From Mytilus edulis (taxonomy: Eukaryota): 64,000 nt of DNA. A program made the translations under genes and the position numbers. Positions 1 to 10,236 of this stretch are shown piece by piece; position 1 is the first letter of the stretch; every line of letters starts with the position of its first letter. The stretch is taken from positions 72,044,001 through 72,108,000 of the forward strand of contig NC_092347.1 in the NCBI RefSeq assembly GCF_963676685.1, read 5' to 3'. The notes beneath the pieces are model-generated. The model was not told where the DNA came from. It saw only the letters and a list, made by a program, of their open reading frames with translations, and did not search any database.

Positions 1-587
1 TCAGGAACGCTCAAAGCCAAACATTTGAAATCCGAGGATTTATAAGTACCGAAACCGTCAATAATACCTAAAATAAACAGCCAAATTCATCTAAAGTCAA
101 CTTTGCCTGAGGGAGTTGAAACCTTAGTTTCTTAATAATTTTAAAATTTATAAACGGACAATTTTAGAGAAGTATGTTAAATCATGTCAGTACCGAATTA
201 CTGACTACTGAGCTGATGATACCCTCGGGGACTGATAGTCCACCAGCAGAGGTGTCGACCCAGTGATGTATAAAAATGAAAACACGTTTAATTATTCCAT
301 GCGTCCGAAGCGCTTTTCTGGATTTACCTTCATCAGAAACTCTCAAAGCCAAACATTTGAAATCCGAGGATGTATAAGTACCGAAACCGTTGAAGAGCTA
401 TATGTCAAAAATACCTAAAACAAATAGCCAACTTTGCCCGAGGGTATTGAAACCTTAGTTTCTTTATTTCAAAATTTATAAACGGACAATTTTAAATAAG
501 TATGTTAAATCATGTCAGAACCGAAGTACTGACTATTGAGCTGATGATACCCTCGGGGACTGATAGTTCACCAGCAGAGGTATCGAA
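1..587 (-). repeat. Head-to-tail tandem of a ~332-bp retrozyme-like/pLTR repeat (family A), about 1.8 copies, cut by window start
   Basis: tcaggaacgctcaaagccaaacatttgaaatccgagga at 1 recurs at 333; both units run to ...cagcagaggtrtcga; a hammerhead motif lies at the unit junction; a deleted copy sits at 19788-19992. Confidence 0.85.
301..342 (-). ncRNA. Type I hammerhead ribozyme-like motif (minimal palindromic stem III)
   Basis: Minus strand GAGTTT-CTGATGA-AGGTAAATCCA-GAAA-AGCGCT-TC-GGACGC; in the first unit (positions 1-10) the stem I strand is GCGTTC, which pairs with GGACGC; stem II is atypical. Confidence 0.6.
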
Positions 588-599
588 TAAATGAAACGA

Positions 600-2130
600 A
601 TGAGGAAGCAGAGCATACTGAAATTCCACTATCCAATAGTATTTTGATGGAGGCCGGTCAATTGTTAGACAAACTACTGAACAAACAGAAACCAGTAGAA
701 ACCGCAGTGAATCATGACGCTCTAGAAGCAATTGAGAAAGAATTGGAGAGTTGTTTAAAGAAACCAAGGACTTCTATCTTATGGTTGTCATTTTGCGAAA
801 TCGTTGCAATTCTTGAACGATTTCTCTTTGCTGAATGAACTGGTGACTGGGAACTACATTTGACGTCAATTCAGCTACTATACTTAGTTGCTGCTGGCCA
901 TAATCTGTATACAAAATAGGCTCATACATGTATTTATCTCCCACAGATGCTGAAGCTAAAGACAAAACATCCAGATGTATAAACTCGTTTTATGTGTGTA
1001 CATCATGTTATACGTAGGAGTAACCGACTTTGGGCATGATTATCTTTAAATCCGATTACAGAGGAAGTCCTTATGAGAAGCATTAAGGCCACTGGGGGGT
1101 TAACAACAGGGAGAGGAATGGGAGAAGGTCAAAGGACACACTGGTTACTAGGAATGCCAGTATTTGCAGAATATAACAATGCAATTCAACAAGTAACAGG
1201 CGCAAGATATAAATCAAGCGACCAGCATGTTGAGTCAACTAAGACCAGAAAAGAAAAAGATCACAACGACATTGTAACGCTTCATGAAATTTTGAAGGAA
1301 AGAAGTGCGTTTACAGGAGATAAATCACTGCGGAATATAGAGACTGGTATGGTTGCAAAAGAGGGACGAAAGACACTAGAGGGACAGTCATACTCATAAA
1401 TCGAAAATAAACTGACAACGCCATGGCTAAAAATGAAAAAAGACAAACAGACAAACAAAAGTTCACATGACACAACATAGAAAACTAAAGAATAAGCATC
1501 ACGAACCCAACAAAAAAACTGGAGGTGCCCCGGAAGGGTAAACAGATCCTGCTCCACATGTGGCATCCGTCGTGTTACTTATGTGATTATGCAAACGATG
1601 AAGCTTACTCTAATAGTACAAAGAAATTGGTGATAAAATATTAGTATCCATGTCTGATCAACTTGTTACTGAATTTTTATTTAAAAAGAAATGCCATGCC
1701 ATTTCGTTAAACGCAAAAAGACCTACTAAAACCAACATAATACAGACACCGCAAGTAGATCCCCAGATGTTCTAAAGTCTAATAACCGCTGGTCAGGAAT
1801 TTTTGAACAATATGGCAGAGTTATTTAAATTTGAGCTATCAAACTCCCCTTCATCTATGTTTGAATCGAATGTTTTTTTACGACAAGCAATCTGGAATTC
1901 TGGAACTTGTCAGTCTACTGAACTTCCTGAATCAGCTACGTTTGCTCGGGTCATTGATGGTGGATCCATTCTTCAGACTCCCTTGGACTAAAGGCCAAAT
2001 ATTCTCCCAGATATGTTCAAAGTATGTAGACTATGTTGAAATTGTATTAGATCTTCTACAATTGTCCTGGATGGGACCTTTTGACTAAAGATATTACTCA
2101 CATGAGGCGTAGTAAAGGTATTGCGTCTAA
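600..2130 (+). pseudogene. Academ-like DNA transposon ORF relic (transposase region followed by XPG/PIN-like nuclease start)
   Basis: Frameshifted pieces LWLSF..ILERFLFAE*TGDWELHL, AAGHNLYTK, LMRSIKATGGLTTGRG, FELS..PSSMF, VIDGGSI..LPW, TKDITHMRRS; family call from motif recall. Confidence 0.6.
1360..1589 (-). mobile_element. 5'-truncated Penelope-like element 3' end inserted in the Academ-like ORF
   Basis: Matches 2131-2370; flanked by direct repeat TGCAAA (1354-1359 and 1590-1595); removal restores MVANDEA. Confidence 0.85.
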
Positions 2131-3161
2131 AAGAGGGACGAAAGATACCAAAGGGACAGTCAAACTCATAAATCTAAAACAAACTGACAACGCCATGGCT
2201 AAAATTGAAAAAGACAAACAGAAAAACAATAGTACACATGACACAATATAGAAAACTAAAGAATAAACAACACGAACCCCACCAAAAACTAGGGGTGATC
2301 TCAGGTGCTCCGGAAGGGTAAGCAGATCCTGCTCCACATGTGGCACCCGTCGTGTTGCTTATGTGATTACAAATCCGGTAAATAGTCTAATTCGGTAGGT
2401 CACATTCATTAAAGGGAAGGGGATTGTAGTTACGACGTAAGGAACATATCCGATATCATTTGTGAAACTGTTTTTCCGTAACCGTCAACCAACTCGTGAT
2501 GGCGTCCGTAAAATTTACGAAGGGATGATTTCAACTTCACCATTTGGAACTCTTGGTTTAATAGCTTCCTTGTGAGCAGTAACCCTCTATCAAGAAAATC
2601 ATGATAGGAAATGCAAGCACGGGAATATCGTATCAATTGGGAGATATATACCCCGTATGCAGGTGCTGCTGGAATGTTGCTACTTAGAAATGGAAAGTTC
2701 ACAATTGGAAAGCTGAAATCATCTCTTTTGTCGTAAAGTTTTGTTTTCCACCGACCCTCATTGTCAATTTCTAGATGTAAGTCAAGATATGAAGCCGACT
2801 TAACTGTATCTGTAGTATCCTTTATCTCCAATTCGGTGGTATAAATGCGTTCCACATAGTCACCAAATTTTGAATTGTTTAGTGAAAGAACGTCATCTAT
2901 ATAGCGGAAAGAAGAGTTAAAGGATATTGCTAACTTCTTATCTTTCTTCCTAAGAAGTTCCTGCATGAAGTCAGCCTCATAATAATAAAGAAACAAGTCG
3001 GCAAGTAGAGGGGCACAGTTTGTTCCCATTGGGATGCCGACAGTCTGTTAAAAAACACGTCCTCCGAACGTTACAAATATGTTGTCAATCAAGAAATCAA
3101 GCATTTTGATAATATCGGTCTCAGAGAATTTTTTGTTTGAATCAGAGTGATTCTTTACAAA
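2131..3161 (-). mobile_element. Penelope-like retroelement, 5'-truncated (C-terminal RT plus 3' UTR)
   Basis: RT motifs GIPMGTNCAPLLADLFL, FRYIDDVL, YLDL, LYDKRDDF; 3' terminus ...ggtatctttcgtccctctt shared with several short copies. Confidence 0.9.
2430..3029 (-). pseudogene. Reverse transcriptase C-terminal half (Penelope-like), no C-terminal GIY-YIG
   Basis: 199-aa ORF with YIDD catalytic motif, ending ...VSQMISDMFLTS*. Confidence 0.9.
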
Positions 3162-3342
3162 TTATAACTTAACAATTGGTCTGTTAAGTTTAGAGTTAGA
3201 TGTTCGGACCGTCGCAGATCGCACAAGGTTATCGTTTCCATAGGTAAGTTCTTCAATCACACCGAGTATCCATGTCGTACGTGGAGAATTATCATCATAT
3301 ATCTGGACTACATCTCCTAGTTTTACACTTTGATTGTTATTT
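3162..3342 (-). pseudogene. BEL/Pao pol C-terminal (DUF5641-like) fragment, part 2
   Basis: Translates NNNQSVKLGDVVQIYDDNSPRTTWILGVIEELTYGNDNLVRSATVRTSNSKLNRPIVKL*. Confidence 0.85.
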
Positions 3343-4714
3343 GCTGAGTGTGAATTCGCATTACTATAAGACGGGTTACGGTGCTTGTCTATCCCAAATT
3401 CATGTATTTAGTTTAAATGTTTAATGTTATATTTGTAATTCTCATCGGATTTTGTCAAATGTGTTGACGTCTTTTCTATTATATTTATGTGTTATGGAAA
3501 GAAAAATTGATCACCGCCGTCATTTATTAAATTTAATTTTGGTCAACGTAATCTGTACGGTAATTTACATTTGAAGTTGGATTCATAACAAACTGCACAT
3601 ATATATATATTATAGTTAATATGCATTGTGTTTATAAACGCAATATCAGTATTTAGTTCTATTTTAATCTTTAATCACTCCTAATTCTATCTTACTTTTG
3701 AGATGTAGTTTTTCACATGTGACGTCATTTTTCTGCTGTTTCAGAAATTTCATATATTCAAATGTGACGTAATTTTTAATGCCCTTTTCACCATCGTATG
3801 TGACGTCATTTTCATAATTTACTGCGTTGAGGCCTGGACTGAGTCGGGTGTGTCTATTCTGTGTTGGTCTTTCATTATGTATTCGTGTTTGTTTTATGTA
3901 ATGAGTTAATACTTCAGTTTCATTATGTATATCTGTTATATTCATTTGATAAAATTTACTGTTTGCAATAGCATTAATTGTTCTAAATAATAAGGATGTT
4001 CTTATCCCAAGCATAAAAACTTAGCCGTATTTGACACAACCTTTTTCAACTTTTGATCTTCAGTGCTGTACAACTTTGTACTTTTTTTCGCTTTCGATCT
4101 TTTATATCTGGGCGTCACTGGTGAGTCTTGTGTGAACGAGGCGCGTTTTTGGCGTATTAAATTTTAAACCTGATGCTTTTTGTTATTCATTAATCATGTG
4201 TTTCTTTGTCTAATACGTTCTCCTATTTATTTGTATTGTAGTCCTGTAATATTATGTTGTCATTTCAATGTTATATTTAACATTGCCATTGAAGTGCGAG
4301 GTTTTGCATGCCACAAAACCAGGTTCAACCCACCATTTTTTCCTTTAAAAATGTCCTGTACCAAGTCAGGAATATGGCCATTGTTATATTATAGTTCGTT
4401 TCTGTGTGTGTTACAATTTAACGTTGCGTCGTTTGTTTTCTCTTATTTTTGAGTGTAAATTGACATTGCGATAAGACGTGTCACGGTACTTGTCTATCCC
4501 TAATTCATGTATTTGATTTTGATGTTATATTTGTTATTCTCGTGGGATTTTGTCTGATGCTTGGTCCGTTTCTGTGTGTGTTACATTGTAGTGTTGTGTT
4601 GTTGTTCTCCTCTCATATTTAAGCGTTTCCCTCAGTTTTAGCTTGTTATCCCGATTTTGTTTTTTGTCCATGGATTTATGAGTTTGAACAGCGGTATACT
4701 ACTGTTGCCTTTAT
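3343..4714 (+). mobile_element. Non-autonomous hammerhead-bearing repeat (family B), ~1.37 kb, with partial terminal direct repeat
   Basis: Flanked by TTATTT (3337-3342, 4715-4720) inside the BEL fragment; 3345-3460 resembles 4450-4560; inverted copy at 12577-13390. Confidence 0.8.
4112..4155 (+). ncRNA. Variant hammerhead-like motif (non-canonical core)
   Basis: GCGTCA-CTGGTGA-GTCTTGTGTGAAC-GAGG-CGCG-TTTT-TGGCGT; aligns to the canonical copy at 31495-31538; stem I GCGTCA/TGGCGT retained. Confidence 0.6.
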
Positions 4715-4720
4715 TTATTT

Positions 4721-4812
4721 CCAGACACTCGGTAAGGAAGTCAAATATTCGTGTTTCCATCTTGCTAAAAATAGTTCAATAAGACGGAATCTCCTTTTCG
4801 CTTGATCATTTA
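4721..4812 (-). pseudogene. BEL/Pao pol C-terminal fragment, part 1
   Basis: DQAKRRFRLIELFLARWKHEYLTSL; joins 3162-3342 (..RVSG|NNNQ) when the 3343-4714 insert is removed. Confidence 0.8.
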
Positions 4813-5132
4813 TAGTTTCAGGTGAGCCATGCTGTGGGAGGACATCATTTAGTTTTTTGTTAACATCATTGACAGTTCCAGGTGAGCCGTGCTGTGGGGG
4901 GACATCATTTTGTTTTTTGTTAACTTCATCAACAGTTTTAGGTGAGCCATGCTGTGGTAGGACATCATTTTATTTTTTGTTAACTTCATCAACAGTTCCA
5001 GGTGAGCCGTGCTGTGGGAGGACATCATTTAGTTTTTTTGTAAACATCATGGACAGTTCCAGGTGAGCCGTGCTGTGGGAGGACATCATTATGTTTTTGT
5101 TAACTTCATCAACAGTTCCAGGCGAGCCATGC
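4813..5132. repeat. 60-bp minisatellite, ~5.3 copies
   Basis: Unit acagttccaggtgagccrtgctgtgggaggacatcattt(a/t)gttttttgttaacttcatca. Confidence 0.95.
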
Positions 5133-5290
5133 TTCATCAACAGACGTAAGACTTTGTCTATTTGCCTTTAAGATATCGGAGAGGGAGAACTGATTTCATT
5201 TGATTATGGGGACGACTCAAGTCAAATGGAATGGCGATCTATGAAAGAAAACACGGAATCCTCGCATGAAAATGCTGTTCCAGGTGGAAG
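5133..5290 (+). repeat. Duplicated C-terminal SET-domain segment (copy of 5786-5935)
   Basis: ttcatcaacagacgtaagactttgtctatttgcc...gattatggggacgactcaagtcaaatggaatgg present twice, 653 bp apart. Confidence 0.9.
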
Positions 5291-5489
5291 AAACCTTAGA
5301 AGAAGTTACCGCCAAACTTTTCCGCCCTTTTTTGCAAATTTTATAATAGTAATGTTCAAGAATCGGCATTCGTAGAGAAGGAAAGTTTAAGCTTTTGAGA
5401 TGTTTCAGAATAAAAAGAGAATAAGCCCAGAATCTGATGCAAAATTTTGGTGCGAGAATAACCTCGACAAAGATGCATTCTACAAGAAG

Positions 5490-5900
5490 TATATATCCGA
5501 TTAAAAAGGTTTTGGAGTTTTTTCTTCGAGAAATATTAAAAAAGGCGAGTTTTTTGCTTGAGTACGCCGGAGAGAGAATAGAGCCGAAGGCCGCTGCTGA
5601 AAAGGAAAGACAGTACAAAAAGAGCCAAAGAAACGAAAACCCCAGATGTTATATTTATTATTTCAAGTGTTTAATGGCAGCACCAAGTGCATTGATGCCA
5701 CCAACACAGATAGACTTTGTCGATTTGTGAATGACGAATCAAGACTGTCCAAACACTGTAATGCAAAAATGAAAATACACCGCCTTTCATCAACAGACGT
5801 AAGACTTTGTCTATTTGCCATTAAAGATATCGGAGAGGGAGAAGAGATTTCATATGATTATGGGGACGACTCAAGTCAAATGGAATGGTGATCTATGAAA
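5490..5900 (+). pseudogene. Intronless SETD8/PR-Set7(KMT5A)-like SET domain, frameshifted
   Basis: KGFGVFSSRNIKKGEF / LLEYAGERI..AAAEKERQY / CYIYYF / CIDAT...LCRFVNDE...CNAKMK...LCLFAIKDIGEGEEISYDYGD. Confidence 0.8.
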
Positions 5901-6055
5901 GAAAACCTCGCATGAAAATGCTGTTTCAGATGGAACTAAGTCGGTAAAGAACTTTCATTGTAACGTCATTCTTTTGTAGTTGTTACTTTATACCTGAATG
6001 TGGCTAATGAAATACAAATATACAGCTTACAACTTTTGTTTCCTTCACAATATTA

Positions 6056-6068
6056 AGGTGCCGTGACT
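6056..6068 (+). promoter_or_regulatory. Primer-binding site complementary to tRNA-His 3' end (degenerate)
   Basis: AGGTGCCGTGACT just after LTR end ..TTCACA. Confidence 0.7.
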
Positions 6069-6558
6069 GCTTGAAAATGTCAACCATGTTAAAAGGAACA
6101 CGTTCGGGACACAGGAGCGCTTTCACAAGGCTTTTGCGGAGATTTGACGAAGAATTAGACAGAAATGAACTTTCAACCATTTTGGATTTGATCGTTGATA
6201 AGTATTTGTCAGACTTAAACAATCAAATTATTAGTGAATTATCGGAAGAGGAACTTGAAGCGGAGATTTCTGATTCAGATGAGTATTCTATAACTTTAAA
6301 GACAAAAATACGCAAAATGCGTAAATTTTTAGAACCAACCGCCCGTAGCTATTCACTCCCAGTAACAGATAGTTCACTTAACCCCTTAGCTCAGAGTTTT
6401 GATGTCAATAGAAACCAAACAGCATCGTTCAATTCGCAACTCATGTACACTCCTCATAGGTCAAACAGCAACAACCAATTTCACAAGTTACCAAAGTTAG
6501 CACTTTCTAAATTCGACGGCAACATTCTTAATTGGCAAGCATTCTGGGAATCTTACGA

Positions 6559-6713
6559 ATCTTGGGGTTCGTGTTGTTTATTCTTTAGTTTTCTATGTTG
6601 TGTCATGTGTACTATTGTTTTTCTGTTCGTCTTTTTCATTTTTAGCCATGGCGTTGTCAGTTTGTTTTAGATTTAAGAGTTTGACCGTCCCTTTGGTATC
6701 TTTCGTCCCTCTT
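6559..6713 (+). mobile_element. 5'-truncated Penelope-like insertion in BEL gag
   Basis: Same 3' end as the 2131 family; TSD TTACGA at 6553-6558 and 6714-6719; removal restores WESYDTAIH. Confidence 0.88.
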
Positions 6714-9700
6714 TTACGACACAGCAATTCATAGTAATCCCTCATTAACAGACGCCCAGAAATTCAACTATTTGAAAACACTACTTCAAAACGAGACCTT
6801 GACTACAGTTTCGGGTTTTACACTTACAAATTTAAACTACAGTAAAGCAATAGATTTATTTCACCCGCGATTTGGACAGACTCATAAAATCACGCACACG
6901 TACATGCATGCAGACTTTGATAGCTCTACCCGCACCCGATAGTACAGTACAGTCATGTCGCAGATTTTATGACAAGTCAGAAACGCTCATAAGAGGACTA
7001 GAATCACCAGGTCAAAGTCAATAATCATATAGTGCATTACTTATACCTATTATGCTCAACAAGTTACCAAGTAAAGTTAAGGAGCATATTACCCGTGAAC
7101 ATGGTTTAAAACAGTGGTCGCTTGATGAACTCAGACAAAACTTATTAAATGAGATAAGTATATTAGAAGCCGGACAAAGAGTTAATCTAGAATCAGATGA
7201 TACATTGCATAGCACAGTATACCTTGCTAAAACTGACACACACAAAAAACAACAATAACAGAAAGCCACAGAGAAGTGAGGTAGCCGTTCACACGCGGAA
7301 ACCATGTATTTATTGCGGTGAGTCGCATAGCCCTAATACATGTATGAAAATTGTTGACCAAAAAGCTCGTCCAGGAATCCTTAAACAAAAGAAAGCTTGT
7401 TTCAATTGTCTTGGCAACAACCGAGTTACAGATTGTAAGTCTAAAGGAACGTGTAAACAATGTGGACGAAAACATCATACCAGTATTTGTTTAAATAAAG
7501 GTCAGTTTTCGTTTTCTAGCAACAGTAGTCCGAATTATAACAATAAGAATAATCCATCCGCTTCGTCCGATCAGCAAGATATAGCCAAAACCGCATCAGC
7601 AATGTATTGTACTACATATTCACAAGTACTTCTCAAGACCGCGATAGCTACGGTACACTCGAACGCTCAAGTCAGTATGGACGCAAATATACTGTTCGAT
7701 GAAGGGGCTCAGCGCTCGTTTATTACAGATAGTCTAGCGGAGCAACTAGAATTAAAACCAAAAGGAACAGAAGCCGCATACAGCTGAATATACTCATTGT
7801 TCCTGAAATAGCTTCACCAATACGGATACATACTACCGAGACAACTAACTTACCATACTTGCGCGGATAAAAATTGGCACACCCGCTTTCAGGACATGAC
7901 CTTTTCTCCTTAAATTTATTGATAGGCGCTGACCATTATTGGGATTTCATTGAAGATAAGATAATACGAGGCAATGGTCCAACTGCAGTTAAGTCAAGAA
8001 TAGGGTATTTGCTACCCGGCCCGACACAGAAGGAACTACTTCAATGATGAACATTGTAATTGGACACAAAGAAGAGGAATATGATTTAGAAAACTTCTGG
8101 AAAATCGAGTCATTAGGAATAACGCCTCAAAATAAGGAGAAATCAAACGCAGAATATTTGGAAAATCTACAAATATATCGTACGATGCCAATACTTGTAA
8201 ATACACAGCAAAACTTCCTTGGAAAGACGACCATAAGCCACTTCCGTCCAACATCGACATAGCTAGACGAAGAACAGAAAATGTAGTACGAAGACTCAGT
8301 AACGATCCGTTTTTACTTAGAAAATATGGTGAGATTATAAACGACCAGGAAAGAGATGTTTTATTGAACGCATAGACAGCCTTACAACAAGCACAGAACA
8401 TGCGCATTATATCGCTCACCATTCAGTAAAGAAAGATTCAGCGACGACACCCATCCGTATTGTTTATGACTAGCTGTCGTCGATCACAAGACACACCTAG
8501 TCTGAATGATTGTTTGCGCAAAGAACCCCCGATCTTAAATGACACATCAACACTTTTGATGCGATTTAGAGAGAATAGATATGCTGTTGTCACCGATATA
8601 GAGAAGGCGTTTCTTCAAATCACGTTATACGAGAAAGACAGAGATATGACGGGATTTTTCTGGCTATAGGACTCAACAGACCCTACATCAGAGTTGATTA
8701 CTTACCGCTTTAAAGCTATCCTATTCGGCGCAACGTGTTCACCTTTTATATTGAATGCGACCTTATTACAGCATTTACGTGAACAGTCTAGTCATACATC
8801 TGAAACACTCATAGATGGATTATACGTAGACAACATAATTGCAGGCTTCGACAACACAACTGAACTATTGAAGTTTTATAAAGAGTCAAGAGCACTGATG
8901 ACAAAAGGTGGATTCAACTTACGATCATGGGCATCGAATTGTACAGCACTTACCGATTTAGCTACATCTCAAAACGTTAACGATGGAAATAACTGTATTA
9001 AAGTTTTAGGATTACGATGGAACACCAAAGATGACCGTGTTAGTTTTGGATTTAAACCATTGTCTATGCTACCGGATTATCAAATCACGGAACGAGAAAT
9101 ACTAAGAAGATCGTCAAAAATCTACGACCCACTTGGAATTCTAAGCCCAGTTACAGTGCGTAGCAATATACAATTGCAGGATTTATGGACACAGAAACTA
9201 GGGTGGGACGAACAAATACCTGATGAAATTAGACCACAGTGGTATTCTATCGATCAAGACTTGAAAAAATGCACAGAGATTGAATTTTCGAGACGTTACT
9301 TTGAAAATATGGACACTGCCGATGAACCTACCTTACATGTATTCACCGATGCAAGCGCAGTAGCGTACGGCGCTTGTGTGTACTTAGTAAAAGGGAAAGA
9401 ATCCAACTTTGTCACATATAAGGTCAAGTTTACGGAATGTTAAAAAAGTGTGTACTATGAAGCGACAGTCAAATTATTTTACACTGGATATCTTCCAGGA
9501 AGCAACTCAAAACCTTTATAGCAAACAGAGTTATCGAAATCAAAGAGCTCACATGTGAACACAGCTGGAAATATTGCCATACAGAATAAAACCCTGCTGA
9601 TTTATTATCACGTGGCTTATCGTATGAACAATTGAAAAATAACTATGGATGTATGGTCCGGACTTGTTAACAGACGAGAAACAATGACCGAATGAATTTC

Positions 9701-10180
9701 AAATCGACAATAAAGTGATGACCACAACTAGTAGGGACAATGAAAATCAAAAAACGCAAGATGACTCTATACGGACGAAAAACAACGTATTGAACGTACC
9801 GGTAATCAACGTTTATAGATACCATTCATTCAACAAAACTGCGCGTATCTTAGGTTACGTACAGAAATTTCTAGATAACTGCCGTAATACAGTTCTAATA
9901 CTAGGAGACTGGTCACAACATATCTAACACCAAATGATATACATAATGCAACAATGAAGTTAATTGAGCTGTGCAACACCAAAGATACAGTGATGTTTTT
10001 GAAAGCTTATGTTCAAAGTCAACGCATAGTTTGATACGTCAATTACGTTTGTATCTGGTCAAAGACGGATTAATACGATGTGGTGGACGCATAAATAACA
10101 CACCACTTCCAGAGAATGCAAAATTCCCCTATTTAATACCAACAAAGCATAGACTAACAAAATTACTTACAAATCGATCC

Positions 10181-10236
10181 GGTTATAAAGTAACAACTAC
10201 AAAAGAATGACGTTACAATGAAAGTTCCTTACCGAC
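10181..10236 (-). repeat. Inverted copy of BEL-1 LTR 5' half
   Basis: Reverse complement matches 5940-5991 (gtcggtaargaactttcattgtaacgtcattcttttgtagttgttactttata). Confidence 0.85.

Larger units (their letters stand above)
5939..10172 (+). mobile_element. BEL/Pao LTR retrotransposon 1 (degenerate; 5' LTR ~5939-6049, gag-PR-RT-RH-partial IN)
   Basis: PBS 6056-6068; gag LPKLALSKFDGNILNWQAFWESY; zinc knuckles CFNCLG..CKQCGRKHHTSIC; protease LFDEGAQRSF; RT DIEKAF, YVDN; RNase H LHVFTDAS; many stops and frameshifts. Confidence 0.92.

Noticed and set aside
207-264. Plus-strand CTGATGA in family A as a second hammerhead or SECIS
   Set aside because: It folds into nested helices (GATACC/GGTGTC, GGACT/AGTCC) but has no GAAA..UH half-core and no convincing SECIS quartet
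2098-2346. Recurrent MPHVEQDLLTLPEHL ORFs (also 1282-1566, 19418-19648) as a small gene family
   Set aside because: They are translations of the Penelope-like 3' UTR repeat with inconsistent frames between copies
4813-5132. Regularly spaced repeats resembling a CRISPR array
   Set aside because: Whole 60-bp units repeat with no unique spacers; eukaryotic context and no cas genes
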